Origin: Synechococcaceae cyanobacterium
GTDB lineage: Bacteria; Cyanobacteriota; Cyanobacteriia; PCC-6307; Cyanobiaceae
Assembly (NCBI GenBank): GCA_046313055.1
Contig: JBKDDA010000052.1
Location: 4,175-68,174, forward strand
Direction of reading: 5' to 3'
Length of the DNA stretch: 64,000 bases
Shown: positions 23,435 through 34,027 of the stretch, piece after piece
How the letters are laid out: every line of letters begins with the position of its first letter
How positions within the stretch are numbered: position 1 is the stretch's first letter
Notes under the pieces: model-generated
The model's database searches: none
What the model was told of the DNA's origin: nothing
What the model saw: the letters and a program-made list of their open reading frames with translations, nothing else
Program-made: the position numbers and the translations under genes

Positions 23435-26400
23435 ATGACCACACCAGCCGCGGGTAGCCGATCCAACCAGACCCAGACCAGGGACCACCACAGGGTGGGA
23501 TTTCTTGAACGGCTGCATGCAGCGGAGCGGCCGGTCCTGGTCTTCGACGGGGCCACAGGCACTTCGCTGCAGCAGATGAATCTGACGGCCGACGATTTCG
23601 GTGGTCCTGCCCTCGAGGGCTGCAACGAATACCTGGTGATCACCCGGCCGGATGCCGTGCAGGCCGTCCATCGCCAGTTTCTGGAGGCCGGTTGCGATGT
23701 GATCGAGACCGACACCTTCGGTGCCACCTCGATCGTGCTGGCTGAATATGACCTTCAGGACCAGACCTTTGTGCTCAACCAGCGGGCAGCGGAGCTGGCC
23801 CGCCAGATGGCTGATCACTACAGCACTCCCGAGAAACCGCGGTTCGTGGCCGGGTCCATGGGGCCGACGACCAAGCTTCCAACCCTGGGGCACATCGATT
23901 TCGACACGATGAAGCTCTCGTTCCGTGAGCAGGCAGAAGGCCTGATTGCGGGCGACGTCGATCTCTTCATTGTGGAAACCTGTCAGGACGTGCTGCAGAT
24001 CAAGGCAGCCCTGCAGGGACTTGAGGAAGCCTTCAGCACCACCGGCTGCCGCCGACCTGTGATGGTGTCGGTCACGATGGAAACCACAGGCACGATGCTG
24101 GTCGGTTCTGATATCGCGGCTGTGGTCACGATCCTGGAGCCCTTTGCCATTGATGTTCTGGGGCTTAATTGTGCCACTGGACCGGAGCAGATGAAAGAGC
24201 ACATGCGGTATCTCAGTGAGCACAGTCCCTTTGTTGTGAGTTGCATCCCCAACGCCGGACTGCCGGAGAACATCGGCGGCGTCGCCCACTACCGGCTCAC
24301 CCCCACCGAAATGAAAATGCAACTGATGCATTTTGTGGAGGATCTGGGTGTGCAGGTGATCGGTGGCTGTTGCGGCACCACCCCGGCCCACATTGCTGCC
24401 CTGGTGGAACTGGCCTCGGAACTCCATCCCCGGGATCGGCAGGTGCGCAGCCAGCCATTGCCCCTGGAGCCCAGGCCCGCCCTTGGCTATGAACCGGCCG
24501 CCAGCTCCATCTACGGCGTCACCCCTTACCATCAGGACAATTCATTTCTGATTATCGGCGAACGACTGAACGCCAGCGGCAGCAAGAAAGTCCGAGAACT
24601 TCTCAACGATGAAGACTGGGATGGGCTGGTGGCTGTGGCCCGCTCCCAGGTCAAGGAGAATGCCCACATTCTTGACGTCAACGTCGACTATGTCGGCCGG
24701 GATGGCGAGCACGATATGCGAGAGCTAGTCAGTCGACTTGTCACCAATGTCAACCTGCCATTAATGCTCGATTCAACCGAGTGGCAGAAAATGGAGGCCG
24801 GTCTCAAGGTTGCCGGCGGCAAATGCATTCTGAACTCCACCAACTATGAGGATGGACCGGATCGATTCTTCAAGGTGCTCGAGCTGGCGCGCACCTACGG
24901 CGCCGGAGTGGTGATCGGCACCATTGACGAAGAGGGCATGGCCCGCACCGCGGATCAGAAATTCGCCATCGCCCAGAGGGCCTATCGCGATGCCCTTGAA
25001 TTCGGCATCCCAGCACGGGAGATCTTTTATGATCCTCTGGCCCTGCCGATTTCCACCGGCATCGAAGAAGACCGCCGCAACGGTGCAGCAACGATTGAAG
25101 CGATCCGCCGCATTCGCGATCAGCTTCCGGGTGTGCACGTGGTGCTGGGTGTCAGCAATGTGAGCTTCGGTCTGTCTCCGGCGGCTCGGATTGTCCTGAA
25201 CTCGGTCTTTCTGCATGATTGCTGCGAGGCGGGCATGGACGCCGCCATCGTCAGTCCTGCCAAGATCCTCCCCCTGGCCAAGATCAGCGAAGACCATCAG
25301 CAGGTCTGCCGGGATCTGATCAATGACCGCCGCCGCTTCGAGAATGACATCTGCTGCTACGACCCACTCACCGAGCTGACCACCCTGTTTGAAGGGGTCT
25401 CCGCCCGCGATGCCCGGGCCTCTGGCCCCTCCCTGGCAGACCTGGCTGTGGAGGAGCGGCTCAGGCAGCACATCATCGATGGGGAACGCATCGGTCTGGA
25501 AGATGCCCTCACCCTTGCCCTCAAGAGCTACAAGCCACTCGAAATCATCAACACCTTTCTGCTCGATGGCATGAAGGTGGTCGGTGAGCTGTTCGGCTCG
25601 GGGCAGATGCAGCTGCCTTTCGTGCTGCAGAGCGCGGAAACCATGAAGAGTGCCGTGGCCTTCCTGGAACCCTTCATGGATAAGGTCGAGGGTGAAAGCA
25701 ACAGCAAGGGTCGCTTTCTGATTGCAACCGTCAAAGGTGACGTGCATGATATCGGCAAAAATCTTGTTGATATCATTCTCACCAATAACGGCTACGACGT
25801 GATCAACCTGGGCATCAAGCAGAGCGTTGATTCCATCATTGAAGCCCAACGTGAACATCAGGCTGACTGCATTGCCATGAGCGGCCTGCTGGTGAAGTCA
25901 ACTGCCTTCATGAAAGATAACCTGGAAGCCTTCAACCAGGCCGGCATCAGCGTGCCCGTCATTCTCGGCGGGGCGGCGCTCACACCCCGTTTTGTCAACG
26001 GGGATTGTCGTTCGGTGTATCACGGCAAGGTGATCTACGGGCGTGATGCCTTCGCCGATCTCCGGTTCATGGACGCCCTGATGGAGGCCAAGGGCCGCAA
26101 TGCCTGGAGCAACGAAGATGGTTTTCTCGACGGCGCTCCTGCAGGCATCGATCTGACGGCCAGCGCTGATGGGGCAGCTCCAGCCCCTGACACCAGCGAG
26201 CAGGCCGGCCAACCGACCACGGCGATGCCTGCCAACCCCGTGTCCTCCATGCCGGAGACATCGGTGTCAGACCTGCGCTCCGACGCGGTACCGGAGGAAG
26301 CCACGATCACGCCACCCTTCTGGGGCTCCAGGGTGCTCTCGGAGGCGTCCATCCCCCTCGAGGAGGTGTTCGCCTACCTGGATCGCAATGCCCTGTTCGC

Positions 26401-27157
26401 TGGGCAGTGGCAACTGCGCAAGACCCAGCAGCAGAGCCGCGATGAGTACGACGCGATGCTGGCTGAAAAGGCTGAACCCGTGCTCCAGCATTGGCTGGAG
26501 CGTTGCCGCAGCGACCGCCTGCTGACACCGCGTGTGGCCTATGGCTACTTCCCCTGCGGTCGGCGTGGCAACGAACTGGTGGTGTTTGATCCATCGGCAG
26601 CTGGTGGCGCTGATCCCCTGGCTCCGGCTGCCGCCAACGCTGTGCTGGGATCTTTCGGGCTGCCGCGCCAGCGCTCCGGCAACCGCTACTGCATTGCTGA
26701 TTTTTACCGCGACCTCCAGGTCGATGCCAGTGGCCGCCCCAGGCCTGCAGACGTGCTGCCGATGCAGGCGGTGACCATGGGAGAAACCGCCACCCGTTTC
26801 GCCCAGGAGCTTTTCCGGGCCGATGCCTACAGCGATTACCTCTACTTCCATGGTCTGGCGGTCCAGATGGCCGAGGCGCTGGCCGAATGGGTCCACGCCA
26901 GAATCCGTTGTGAGCTGGGGTTCGCAGACCAGGAACCACAGCAGCTCCGTGATGTGCTGGCCCAGCGCTACCGCGGCAGCCGCTACTCCTTCGGTTACCC
27001 AGCATGCCCCAACGTGGCGGATTCCCGCCAGCAGCTCCTCTGGCTCGGTGCTGACCGCATCGGCCTCTCCATGGATGACAGCGATCAACTCGAGCCGGAG
27101 CAGAGCACCACGGCCCTCGTGGCCCTCCACAGCCACGCCCGCTACTTCAGCGCCTGA
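23435..27157 (+). CDS. metH: Cobalamin-dependent methionine synthase
   Basis: 1240 aa. Has an Hcy S-methyltransferase module ([11 protein letters not shown]), a pterin-binding module, the B12-binding DxHxxG motif ([11 protein letters not shown]) with MSGLL, and a C-terminal AdoMet activation domain. Confidence 0.97.
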   Translation: MTTPAAGSRSNQTQTRDHHRVGFLERLHAAERPVLVFDGATGTSLQQMNLTADDFGGPALEGCNEYLVITRPDAVQAVHRQFLEAGCDVIETDTFGATSIVLAEYDLQDQTFVLNQRAAELARQMADHYSTPEKPRFVAGSMGPTTKLPTLGHIDFDTMKLSFREQAEGLIAGDVDLFIVETCQDVLQIKAALQGLEEAFSTTGCRRPVMVSVTMETTGTMLVGSDIAAVVTILEPFAIDVLGLNCATGPEQMKEHMRYLSEHSPFVVSCIPNAGLPENIGGVAHYRLTPTEMKMQLMHFVEDLGVQVIGGCCGTTPAHIAALVELASELHPRDRQVRSQPLPLEPRPALGYEPAASSIYGVTPYHQDNSFLIIGERLNASGSKKVRELLNDEDWDGLVAVARSQVKENAHILDVNVDYVGRDGEHDMRELVSRLVTNVNLPLMLDSTEWQKMEAGLKVAGGKCILNSTNYEDGPDRFFKVLELARTYGAGVVIGTIDEEGMARTADQKFAIAQRAYRDALEFGIPAREIFYDPLALPISTGIEEDRRNGAATIEAIRRIRDQLPGVHVVLGVSNVSFGLSPAARIVLNSVFLHDCCEAGMDAAIVSPAKILPLAKISEDHQQVCRDLINDRRRFENDICCYDPLTELTTLFEGVSARDARASGPSLADLAVEERLRQHIIDGERIGLEDALTLALKSYKPLEIINTFLLDGMKVVGELFGSGQMQLPFVLQSAETMKSAVAFLEPFMDKVEGESNSKGRFLIATVKGDVHDIGKNLVDIILTNNGYDVINLGIKQSVDSIIEAQREHQADCIAMSGLLVKSTAFMKDNLEAFNQAGISVPVILGGAALTPRFVNGDCRSVYHGKVIYGRDAFADLRFMDALMEAKGRNAWSNEDGFLDGAPAGIDLTASADGAAPAPDTSEQAGQPTTAMPANPVSSMPETSVSDLRSDAVPEEATITPPFWGSRVLSEASIPLEEVFAYLDRNALFAGQWQLRKTQQQSRDEYDAMLAEKAEPVLQHWLERCRSDRLLTPRVAYGYFPCGRRGNELVVFDPSAAGGADPLAPAAANAVLGSFGLPRQRSGNRYCIADFYRDLQVDASGRPRPADVLPMQAVTMGETATRFAQELFRADAYSDYLYFHGLAVQMAEALAEWVHARIRCELGFADQEPQQLRDVLAQRYRGSRYSFGYPACPNVADSRQQLLWLGADRIGLSMDDSDQLEPEQSTTALVALHSHARYFSA

Positions 27158-27217
27158 AACCGGGCTCCGGGGGCTGCCCTCTGGCAGGCTCTGGAGGCCC
27201 ATTTGCTTTTCTGCACC

Positions 27218-27490
27218 ATGGCCATTGCAGGACCCGGTGGTGTCGATGACGCCATTGCCGCTGGCATTGACCTCGACGGCAGCCCCATCCCGCCGGCAAT
27301 GCTCGATCTCTACCGGGAGGTGATGGACCTGGAGAACGGCCGAGCCCGTAGCGGGGTGCTGCGGTCGATGCGCAACCGCATCGTGCGAACAGGGGCCAAG
27401 CACCTGGATCAGACCACCCTCGATGGGCGGCTCAAGGCTGCAGGCTGGGACGGCCTCAAGCCGAAGGAGATCGCTTTCTACTACGGCTGA
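27218..27490 (+). CDS. Small conserved hypothetical protein
   Basis: 90 aa from the ATG at 27218 (MAIAGPGGVDDAIAAG...KEIAFYYG), with good GC3. The family is not recognised. Confidence 0.5.
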   Translation: MAIAGPGGVDDAIAAGIDLDGSPIPPAMLDLYREVMDLENGRARSGVLRSMRNRIVRTGAKHLDQTTLDGRLKAAGWDGLKPKEIAFYYG

Positions 27491-27507
27491 AGGGCGGCGG
27501 TGGCGGC

Positions 27508-27527
27508 AGCGGTCGGTGCCGACCGCT
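27508..27527. terminator. GC-rich hairpin between two convergent small genes
   Basis: AGCGGTCGG-TG-CCGACCGCT forms about 8 bp after opening the loop. There is no flanking U-tract on either strand. Confidence 0.3.
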
Positions 27528-27754
27528 CAGGCGCACATCTCCTCCAGGGCATCGATCACATCCTGCTGAAACTCCTCCAGATCACTGGAGTCACTGAGGT
27601 CGATGCCCTCGCCGGCAGCGTTCTGGCTGAGCTCCTGGAAGTGGAAAGCACCCTCGCCGTGGGCGAGGAACTCCATGGCGGAAGGTTCACCGCTCTCCTT
27701 GTAGGCGTCGCAGAGGGCCAGAAAGGCCGCGTCCTCGGTGAAATCCCAGCTCAT
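27527..27754 (-). CDS. Small hyper-acidic hypothetical protein (75 aa)
   Basis: ATG at 27754 (MSWDFTEDAAF...DVIDALEEMCA). It contains 19 Asp/Glu against 1 Lys and 0 Arg. GC3 is high. Confidence 0.45.
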   Translation of the reverse strand: MSWDFTEDAAFLALCDAYKESGEPSAMEFLAHGEGAFHFQELSQNAAGEGIDLSDSSDLEEFQQDVIDALEEMCA

Positions 27755-27891
27755 GTAGGGGCAGCGCTGACCGTTGGTGGATCGTTGATGTACGACGTTT
27801 AATGCCTCCCCCCCGGAATCCGTCAACCTCCCGGCAGCAATTTGTCCCACTCCAAGGCCAGACTCGGGCTGCGCCCATCTCCAATCCGGCC

Positions 27892-28290
27892 GTGTCCATC
27901 AGCGCTGATCCGTCTCCAGCCCCTGTCCTCAATGTCCTGGGTGAGCCGTTGCAGGTCTGCGGATGCACACCGATGACCGGCTGGTACCGCGACGGCAGCT
28001 GCCGCACCGGTCCGGCCGATCTCGGTCGCCACACCGTCTGCTGTGTGGTGACCGATGCCTTCCTGAACTACAGCCGGGCCCAGGGCAACGACCTCAGCAC
28101 CCCCATGCCGGATTTCAGTTTTCCAGGCCTGAGGGCCGGCGACTGCTGGTGTGTGTGCGCCGGCCGCTGGCTGGAGGCCTACGACGACGGCATGGCGCCG
28201 CCGGTCCGGCTCGAGGCCTGTGAAGCCAGCACCCTGGAGCTGATCCCCCTGGAGATCCTGCGGGCCCATGCTCACCAGGGAATGGCCTGA
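27892..28290 (+). CDS. DUF2237-family protein
   Basis: NVLGEPLQVCGCTPMTGWYRDGSCRTGPADLGRHTVCCVVTDAFL is the hallmark Cys-rich block of DUF2237. The start is uncertain: GTG at 27892, or ATG at 27802. Confidence 0.7.
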   Translation: MSISADPSPAPVLNVLGEPLQVCGCTPMTGWYRDGSCRTGPADLGRHTVCCVVTDAFLNYSRAQGNDLSTPMPDFSFPGLRAGDCWCVCAGRWLEAYDDGMAPPVRLEACEASTLELIPLEILRAHAHQGMA

Positions 28291-28988
28291 CCATCCCAGG
28301 CCAGGAAGGCGCCGCTCTGTTCAGGGGTCTGGCGCCCCAGCACGGTCAGCAGCTGCTCGGCGGCCCAGTCGGGGCTGAACAGCCGCTCCGGCGCCACGCC
28401 ACCCCTGAAGGGAGCCGAGAGCTCAGTGGCTGTGGTGCCCGGATGCAGCAGGCTGACACAAGCCAGCGGCCAGCGGCGGCGCCACTCCACGGCCAGCGTG
28501 TGCAGCAACTGGTTCTGGGCTGCCTTGGCAGCCCGGTAGGCATACCAGCCTCCCAGTCGGTTGTCACCGATGCTGCCCACCCTGGCCGAGAGGCTGGCGA
28601 AGTGGAACGGCCGCCCCTTCTCCAGGCAGGGTTCCAGGGCCCTGGCCAGCAACGCCGGGCCATAGGCGTTCACGGCAAAGCTCTGCTCCAGCGCCGATCG
28701 CCGCAGCTGGGCGATCCGTTTCTCCGGCTGCAGATCGCCCCCATGCAGCACACCGGCGGCGTAGATCACCAGCCTCAGGGGCCGGTGGTGCTGGCAGAGC
28801 CGTTGGCCGAAGGCCTCGAGGCTGGCGTCGTCGCAGGAGTCGAGGGTCAGGTCGCGACCCCGTCGGCCGGCACCGTGCACGCTCAGGCCGGGGGCCTGGC
28901 GCCGCAGGGCTGTGATCAACGCACCACCGATGCCACCGACCCCCACCACCACCGCATGGCCCTGCCAGTCCCGGAGCGGCTCAGCCAT
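28272..28988 (-). CDS. Short-chain dehydrogenase/reductase (SDR)
   Basis: Has the VVVGVGGIGGAL dinucleotide-binding motif and the YRAAKAA (YxxxK) catalytic motif. The likely start is the ATG at 28988. Confidence 0.85.
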   Translation of the reverse strand: MAEPLRDWQGHAVVVGVGGIGGALITALRRQAPGLSVHGAGRRGRDLTLDSCDDASLEAFGQRLCQHHRPLRLVIYAAGVLHGGDLQPEKRIAQLRRSALEQSFAVNAYGPALLARALEPCLEKGRPFHFASLSARVGSIGDNRLGGWYAYRAAKAAQNQLLHTLAVEWRRRWPLACVSLLHPGTTATELSAPFRGGVAPERLFSPDWAAEQLLTVLGRQTPEQSGAFLAWDGQAIPW

Positions 28989-29069
28989 GCCATCTGTCCA
29001 TCGGGGTCGCATGATGGCAGGGCCTGAAGCGCAGCGGATGGACCTGTCGCGATGATGGTTGAGCAGCCC

Positions 29070-29984
29070 ATGCGGATCACCGTGCTGGGCAGGGGGGCCT
29101 GGGGCGCCACCCTGGCCGGGCTCTGGCAGGCCACTGGCCACACAGTCGATCTCTGGTCACGACGCGACGGCGGCAGCCCCCTGCCCCTGCTGGCGGGCAG
29201 CGACCTGGTGGTGGCGGCCGTTTCCATGGCGGCCATCGGCGAGCTCAGCGAGCTGCTGGCACCAGCCTGGCCAACGGGCCTGCCCCTGCTCAGCTGCAGC
29301 AAGGGCATCGCCGCCGAGGGCCTGCTCACGGCCGGCCAGATCTGGTGCCGGCGGATCCCGGGGTTGAGGCTGGCAGTGCTCAGCGGTCCCAACCTGGCCG
29401 CTGAACTGGCCCGGGGGCTGCCGGCAGCCTCCGTGATCGCCAGCCGTGATGGCCCCCTGGCAGGCCGCCTGCAACAGGCCCTGGCAACGCCCTGCCTGCG
29501 CCTGTACACCAACGACGATCCCACCGGGACGGAGACAGCGGGCGCCCTCAAGAATGTGATGGCCGTCGCCGCGGGCATCAGCGATGGCCTCGGTCTCGGC
29601 GCCAACGCCCGTGCCTCGTTGCTCTGCCGTGGTCTGGCGGAGATGGGGGTGGTGCTCACCAGCCTCGGTGGCCGCATGGCCACCCTCTATGGACTCGCCG
29701 GCATGGGAGATCTGCTGGCTACGGCCACCAGTGATCTCAGCCGCAACTACCGGTTCGGCAGCCTGCTGGCCCAGGGCCTGGATGCGCAGAGCGCTGTCAC
29801 CAGGATCGGTGCCACGGTGGAAGGCCCGGGCACGGCCACAGCGGCCCTGCAGCTCGCCTTACGGGACGGGCTGGATCTGCCGATCTGCGCGCAGGTGGTG
29901 GCAATCATCAGCGGCGAAAGTCCGGCGCGTGCTGCCGTGGAGGCGCTGATGCGCCGTGATTTCAGGCCGGAGACCGGACCGTGA
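29070..29984 (+). CDS. gpsA: NAD(P)H-dependent glycerol-3-phosphate dehydrogenase
   Basis: Contains MRITVLGRGAWGATLA (GxGxxG), GALKNVMAVAAGI and NYRFG motifs. An alternative ATG lies at 29052. Confidence 0.92.
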   Translation: MRITVLGRGAWGATLAGLWQATGHTVDLWSRRDGGSPLPLLAGSDLVVAAVSMAAIGELSELLAPAWPTGLPLLSCSKGIAAEGLLTAGQIWCRRIPGLRLAVLSGPNLAAELARGLPAASVIASRDGPLAGRLQQALATPCLRLYTNDDPTGTETAGALKNVMAVAAGISDGLGLGANARASLLCRGLAEMGVVLTSLGGRMATLYGLAGMGDLLATATSDLSRNYRFGSLLAQGLDAQSAVTRIGATVEGPGTATAALQLALRDGLDLPICAQVVAIISGESPARAAVEALMRRDFRPETGP

Positions 29985-30943
29985 GCCAGGCCAGGCTGCC
30001 AGGCAGTCCGGCAGGAACCCTGCGGGCCCTGCTGGTCGAAGCCTTCACGGACCGTCCGTGCGCCGGCAACGGTGCGGGCGTGGTGCTGCTGCGGCAGCGG
30101 CCCGGTGACCGCTGGCTCCAGGCCGTGGCCCGCAGCCTGCGCCAGTCGGAAACGGCCTTCCTGCTGCCGGCCAGCGGTGAGGCCGGCCCCAACCAGTGGC
30201 TGCTGCGCTGGTTCACACCCACCTGTGAGGTGCCGCTCTGTGGCCATGGCACCCTGGCGGCGTTGCTGGCGCTCGGCACCTGGGGGCAGGCCACCGCTGG
30301 GGTGCCCGTCGGTTTTCACACCCGCAGCGGTCTGCTCAGGGCCTGTCTGGAGCCGGGGTCAACCGCTGCCGGCACGGTTGAACTGCCCGCCGGGGAGCTG
30401 CTGTCCGCCCCCGTGCCCGATGGGCTCACAGACCTGGTGGTCCGGCTCCTGGGCGCGCAGGTGGAGCGGTTCTGGCGCTCCACGATCGGTTACGGGGTTG
30501 CTCTGCTGGGATCGCAGGCAGGCCTGGAGACCATGGCCTCGATCGCCGCGGATCTGCCGGCGGATCTGCGGCAGGGGCTGGTGGTGATGCAGGCCCTGGA
30601 AGGGTCGGGGGCCCGCCCGCAGGTCGGCCTGCAACCCGCCGATTATCAGCTCCGCTTCTTCGCTCCCGGCCTGGGAATCGATGAGGATCCGGTGACCGGT
30701 TCAGCCCATGCCCTGGTGGCGTCCTACTGGATGGAGCGGTTCAACCGATCGCCGGTGAGGGGCTGGCAGTGCTCTGACCGTCCGGGGGGGATGGTGTGCA
30801 GTAGGCGTTTGTCCGGCATGATCGCGCTGTCAGGACAGGGACACGTGCTGTGGGAGGGCTGTTTATCGGCATTGCCGGACAGATTCGGAGAATCGGCCGA
30901 CGATCGCGGCTGGCCCTCAGCCGTGGTGCCCGACGCCACCTGA
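29981..30943 (+). CDS. PhzF-family isomerase
   Basis: FTDRPCAGNGAGVV and DPVTGSAH motifs are typical of PhzF-like proteins. Its GTG start overlaps the gpsA stop. Confidence 0.85.
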   Translation: MSQARLPGSPAGTLRALLVEAFTDRPCAGNGAGVVLLRQRPGDRWLQAVARSLRQSETAFLLPASGEAGPNQWLLRWFTPTCEVPLCGHGTLAALLALGTWGQATAGVPVGFHTRSGLLRACLEPGSTAAGTVELPAGELLSAPVPDGLTDLVVRLLGAQVERFWRSTIGYGVALLGSQAGLETMASIAADLPADLRQGLVVMQALEGSGARPQVGLQPADYQLRFFAPGLGIDEDPVTGSAHALVASYWMERFNRSPVRGWQCSDRPGGMVCSRRLSGMIALSGQGHVLWEGCLSALPDRFGESADDRGWPSAVVPDAT

Positions 30944-31911
30944 ACCACCCCCTCGCCCTGGGGGCTCCCCTGGCCGTGGCTGCCGTGGCCTCGGGCTACG
31001 GACTGCAGTCGGTGGTGCCATCGCGCTCCGCCAGTCCGTCCCAGACCCAGCTGTTCGATGCCCTTCTGGCCGAATCCCAGACCGCCCAGCGCTCAGCACC
31101 ATCGGCGCCCGACATCTCCCGACAGGGCTCCGACGCCGCCCAGGCCCTGACAAGTGCGACGCCGCTCCGTGGCCAGCCTGAACCCACTCAGGGCCAGACC
31201 CTCAATCTGGAAATCCGGGTGGCCCTGCTGGGGGCCTCCGGCCGTCCGGGGCTGACATCCTCCGGCCCCTGGCGCCTGCTGGACCGCGACGGCAGGACCC
31301 TGCAGGCCGGCCCGGCAGGGATGGCGGTGAATCTGGCCGGTGTGCTCGCCTCCGGTCCCGAAGCCTGGCTGGAGTGCCTCACGGCCGACTGTGCCCTGCT
31401 GGTGAACGGCAGGCCCTATGCAGGGCGCCTCAGGCTGCTGCGCGACGGTGATGGGGTGCAGCTGGTGAACCACCTGCCCCTGGAGAGCTACATCAGCTCC
31501 GTGGTTGGCTCTGAAATGCCCAGCAGCTGGAATCTCGAGGCCCTGCGGGCCCAGGCGGTGGCGGCCCGTTCCTACGCCATGGCCCACATGGCCCGCCCTG
31601 CCAACAGCCACTGGCACCTGGGTGACACCACCCGATGGCAGGCCTATCGCGGCCTTGAGACGGTCAACACCCGTACCCTGCAGGCGACGGGCACCACCGC
31701 CGGTGTGATCCTCAGTTACCGGGGGGGAATCGTGGAAAGCCTCTATGCCGCCACCAGCCAGATCAGCACTGAGGCCCACGGCCACCTCGGCGCCAGCATG
31801 AGCCAGCACGGTGCCCAGGATCTGGCGGCCTCGGGGCTGCGCTATGAGCAGATCCTCGCCCATTACTACCGCGGCGCCTCGCTCGCCCGTCTGCAGACCG
31901 GTGCGGGCTGA
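30850..31911 (+). CDS. SpoIID/LytB-domain protein
   Basis: Contains LESYISSVVGSEMPSSWNLEALRAQAVAARSYA, the SpoIID signature, and a hydrophobic N-terminus. The start is uncertain because the listed ORF overlaps phzF by 94 nt. Confidence 0.85.
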   Translation: MGGLFIGIAGQIRRIGRRSRLALSRGARRHLNHPLALGAPLAVAAVASGYGLQSVVPSRSASPSQTQLFDALLAESQTAQRSAPSAPDISRQGSDAAQALTSATPLRGQPEPTQGQTLNLEIRVALLGASGRPGLTSSGPWRLLDRDGRTLQAGPAGMAVNLAGVLASGPEAWLECLTADCALLVNGRPYAGRLRLLRDGDGVQLVNHLPLESYISSVVGSEMPSSWNLEALRAQAVAARSYAMAHMARPANSHWHLGDTTRWQAYRGLETVNTRTLQATGTTAGVILSYRGGIVESLYAATSQISTEAHGHLGASMSQHGAQDLAASGLRYEQILAHYYRGASLARLQTGAG

Positions 31912-32743
31912 GCGCATCTGGGAGCAGGCGAGATCGGTGGCCAGGGCGGCTGAAGCCTGCGGAGCCCTTGTGCCTCTGCAGACCCGTCGCCTCACCCTCA
32001 CGGATGCCGGCCCCTTCGTGGTGCGTGAACTGCTGTCCGCAACGCCTCGACACCTGCGGCCCGATGGTCCCAGGCCCAATCCCTTCCTGCCATGGGAAGC
32101 GGCCCTGGAGGTGGGCCGTCCCGGCGAGGGCCATGCCCTGATCCTCAACAAGTATCCGGTGCAGCCGGAGCATCTGCTGCTGATCACCAGCCGCTGGCAG
32201 CCCCAGAGCGGCTGGATCAGCTGGGATGACTGGCGGACCGTGGCCGGTGTGGCAGCCGACACCGGCGGTCTCTGGTTCTTCAACAGCCATGCCACGGCCG
32301 GCGCCAGCCAACCCCATCGGCACCTGCAGCTGCTGCCCCGCCATGGGGGCGAGACCAGCTGTCCCCTGGCCGTTGAACTCGAGCGTCAGCTGGCTGGCCT
32401 GGCCGACCCCTGGCCCTGGCGCTATTGCCTCAGTCGTCGCCGCAGGGGGCTGGAGGCAGTGGATGGGGGCGTGGAGCTTGAAGCCCTGTATCTGGACCAT
32501 GCGAGCCGGCTGGGTCTGGGCCGGCCCGCTGATGATCCCCAACCCCGCCATGCGTACAACCTGCTGTTCGATGACAACTGGATGCTGACCGTGCGGCGGG
32601 AGCGGGAGACCTGTGCTGGCTTCAGCGTCAACGCCCTCGGATTCGCCGGTTATCTCCTGCGAACCAGGGATTCCGATCTTGACTGGCTGGTTGGCCATGG
32701 ACCCTGGGCCCTCCTGCGCGAGGTGGCCACGGCTCCGGGCTGA
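31901..32743 (+). CDS. ATP adenylyltransferase (Ap4A phosphorylase II-like, HIT-related)
   Basis: Contains ILNKYPVQPEHLLLIT and the HRHLQLLP histidine motif. The likely GTG start at 31901 overlaps the end of the SpoIID gene. Confidence 0.75.
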   Translation: MRAERIWEQARSVARAAEACGALVPLQTRRLTLTDAGPFVVRELLSATPRHLRPDGPRPNPFLPWEAALEVGRPGEGHALILNKYPVQPEHLLLITSRWQPQSGWISWDDWRTVAGVAADTGGLWFFNSHATAGASQPHRHLQLLPRHGGETSCPLAVELERQLAGLADPWPWRYCLSRRRRGLEAVDGGVELEALYLDHASRLGLGRPADDPQPRHAYNLLFDDNWMLTVRRERETCAGFSVNALGFAGYLLRTRDSDLDWLVGHGPWALLREVATAPG

Positions 32744-32883
32744 TCCTTCACCGGCTCCATACAAATCCCGTGGTTTCACGGTGGTGAACAGGCGCCCACC
32801 TCTGGCTTGCTGGTGTCAGGGAGTGAGCGGCCGCAGTCCTGCCGCCCGCCAGGCATCCTCCCCCCTTTACGAACAGACAGGCC

Positions 32884-33711
32884 ATGAGCACCACCCATCC
32901 CACGCCATTCCCGTCCCATCACCACCGGCCCCGTCCTCCCCGCCGCCGTCCTGCAGACGGCCCCCTGCCGGCGCCGATCGTGGACCGCAACCGCCGTGTG
33001 GCGGCGTACCAGCAGCTGGTGCGCCCGGTGGCGACCCACTACGCCGCCTGCAGTGGCCAGAACAGCGAGGATCTGATTCAGGTCGGCCTGCTGGGGCTGA
33101 TCCGGGCAGCCGAGCTGTTCTCCAGCGGTAATGACACTCCCTTCGAACGGTTCGCCCGACCCCACATCCGCGGGGCGATCCTTCACTACCTCCGCGATGC
33201 AGCCCATCCGGTGCGTCTGCCCCGTCGCCAGGAGGAACAGCGTCTGCGCCTGCGGCGGATCAGCCGCCAGATGGCCTGCTGCCAGGATCCGTTGACCGTG
33301 GATCGCGCCTGTTGCCGTGAGCTGGGGATCCGCCCGGAGCAGTTGCAGCTGCTGCGCCAGTGGGATCGCTGCCGCAGCATGCGTCAGCTGGACAATGCCC
33401 AGTGGGAGGAGATCCCGGCACCTGAGCACTCGGACAGAGCCGAGGCGGAGGATGAGGTGCAGCGGGCCCGCCGGCTGCTCGAGCAACTTGAGCCACGCTG
33501 TCGCAGCGTGGTATCCAGGGTGGTGCTGTCGGGCTGGAGTTACCGCAAGGTGGCCCAGGCCATGGCCGTGAGTCCCATGACAGTCCAGCGTCTGCTGCGG
33601 CGCGGGCTGGAGCTGCTGAGGCAACAGATGCTGACGGACAGCCGGCTCATGGGGTCGGTTCAGCGTTCTCCTGGGGGTGATCACGCTCCAGCTGCTGCTC
33701 AAGGGCGCTGA
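32884..33711 (+). CDS. Sigma-70 family RNA polymerase sigma factor (alternative, group 3-like)
   Basis: Region 2 is EDLIQVGLLGLIRAAELF...FERFARPHIRGAILHYLRD. Region 4 has an HTH (SYRKVAQAMAVSPMTVQRLLRRG). The N-terminal tail is Pro/Arg/His-rich. Confidence 0.85.
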   Translation: MSTTHPTPFPSHHHRPRPPRRRPADGPLPAPIVDRNRRVAAYQQLVRPVATHYAACSGQNSEDLIQVGLLGLIRAAELFSSGNDTPFERFARPHIRGAILHYLRDAAHPVRLPRRQEEQRLRLRRISRQMACCQDPLTVDRACCRELGIRPEQLQLLRQWDRCRSMRQLDNAQWEEIPAPEHSDRAEAEDEVQRARRLLEQLEPRCRSVVSRVVLSGWSYRKVAQAMAVSPMTVQRLLRRGLELLRQQMLTDSRLMGSVQRSPGGDHAPAAAQGR

Positions 33712-33850
33712 GCGCCCCGTTCACGGCGGCCAGCTGCTGCTCCAGGCCATCCCGCCAGGAGCGCAGCAGCCGCTGCTTCCGCTCCAGGTGGCGGCGGTGG
33801 CCATCAACGTGCTGACAGGTGCCGCCGAGGCAGCAGAACGGGGGCAACAT
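33647..33850 (-). CDS. Candidate small Cys/His plus coiled-coil protein (67 aa)
   Basis: The ORF has high GC3 throughout. Its N-terminus is MLPPFCCLGGTCQHVDGHRRH, followed by a heptad-like segment (LERKQRLLRSWRDGLEQQLAAVNGALSALEQQLE). It overlaps the 3' end of the sigma factor gene by 65 nt, in a stretch where the sigma frame has poorer GC3. Confidence 0.35.
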   Translation of the reverse strand: MLPPFCCLGGTCQHVDGHRRHLERKQRLLRSWRDGLEQQLAAVNGALSALEQQLERDHPQENAEPTP

Positions 33851-34027
33851 GGCAGAGGTGCTGGTGGGGCGTTTCTAGCTCCGATCCGGGTCTTGCTGCG
33901 GCGTTCAGACAGCAGTTCCGCGCCAACGACGCCGCAGTTCGCCTGACTGCCATGATGGGAATCTGGGCACCTGGTTGCTGCACCGGATGCTCCCGGCCTG
34001 CCGTATGCCACGGGCAGGCCCCAGTCC

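Noticed and set aside
23393-27403. Several 360-380-aa minus-strand ORFs opposite metH (23393-24532, 24773-25858, 26267-27403)
   Set aside because: They are antisense to metH, which is continuous and carries all four functional modules.
32613-33131. 172-aa plus-strand ORF bridging the Ap4A phosphorylase end and the sigma factor start
   Set aside because: It is out of frame with both well-supported genes, and its composition is Pro/Ala/Arg/Ser-rich. Only the 140-nt spacer portion would be unique.
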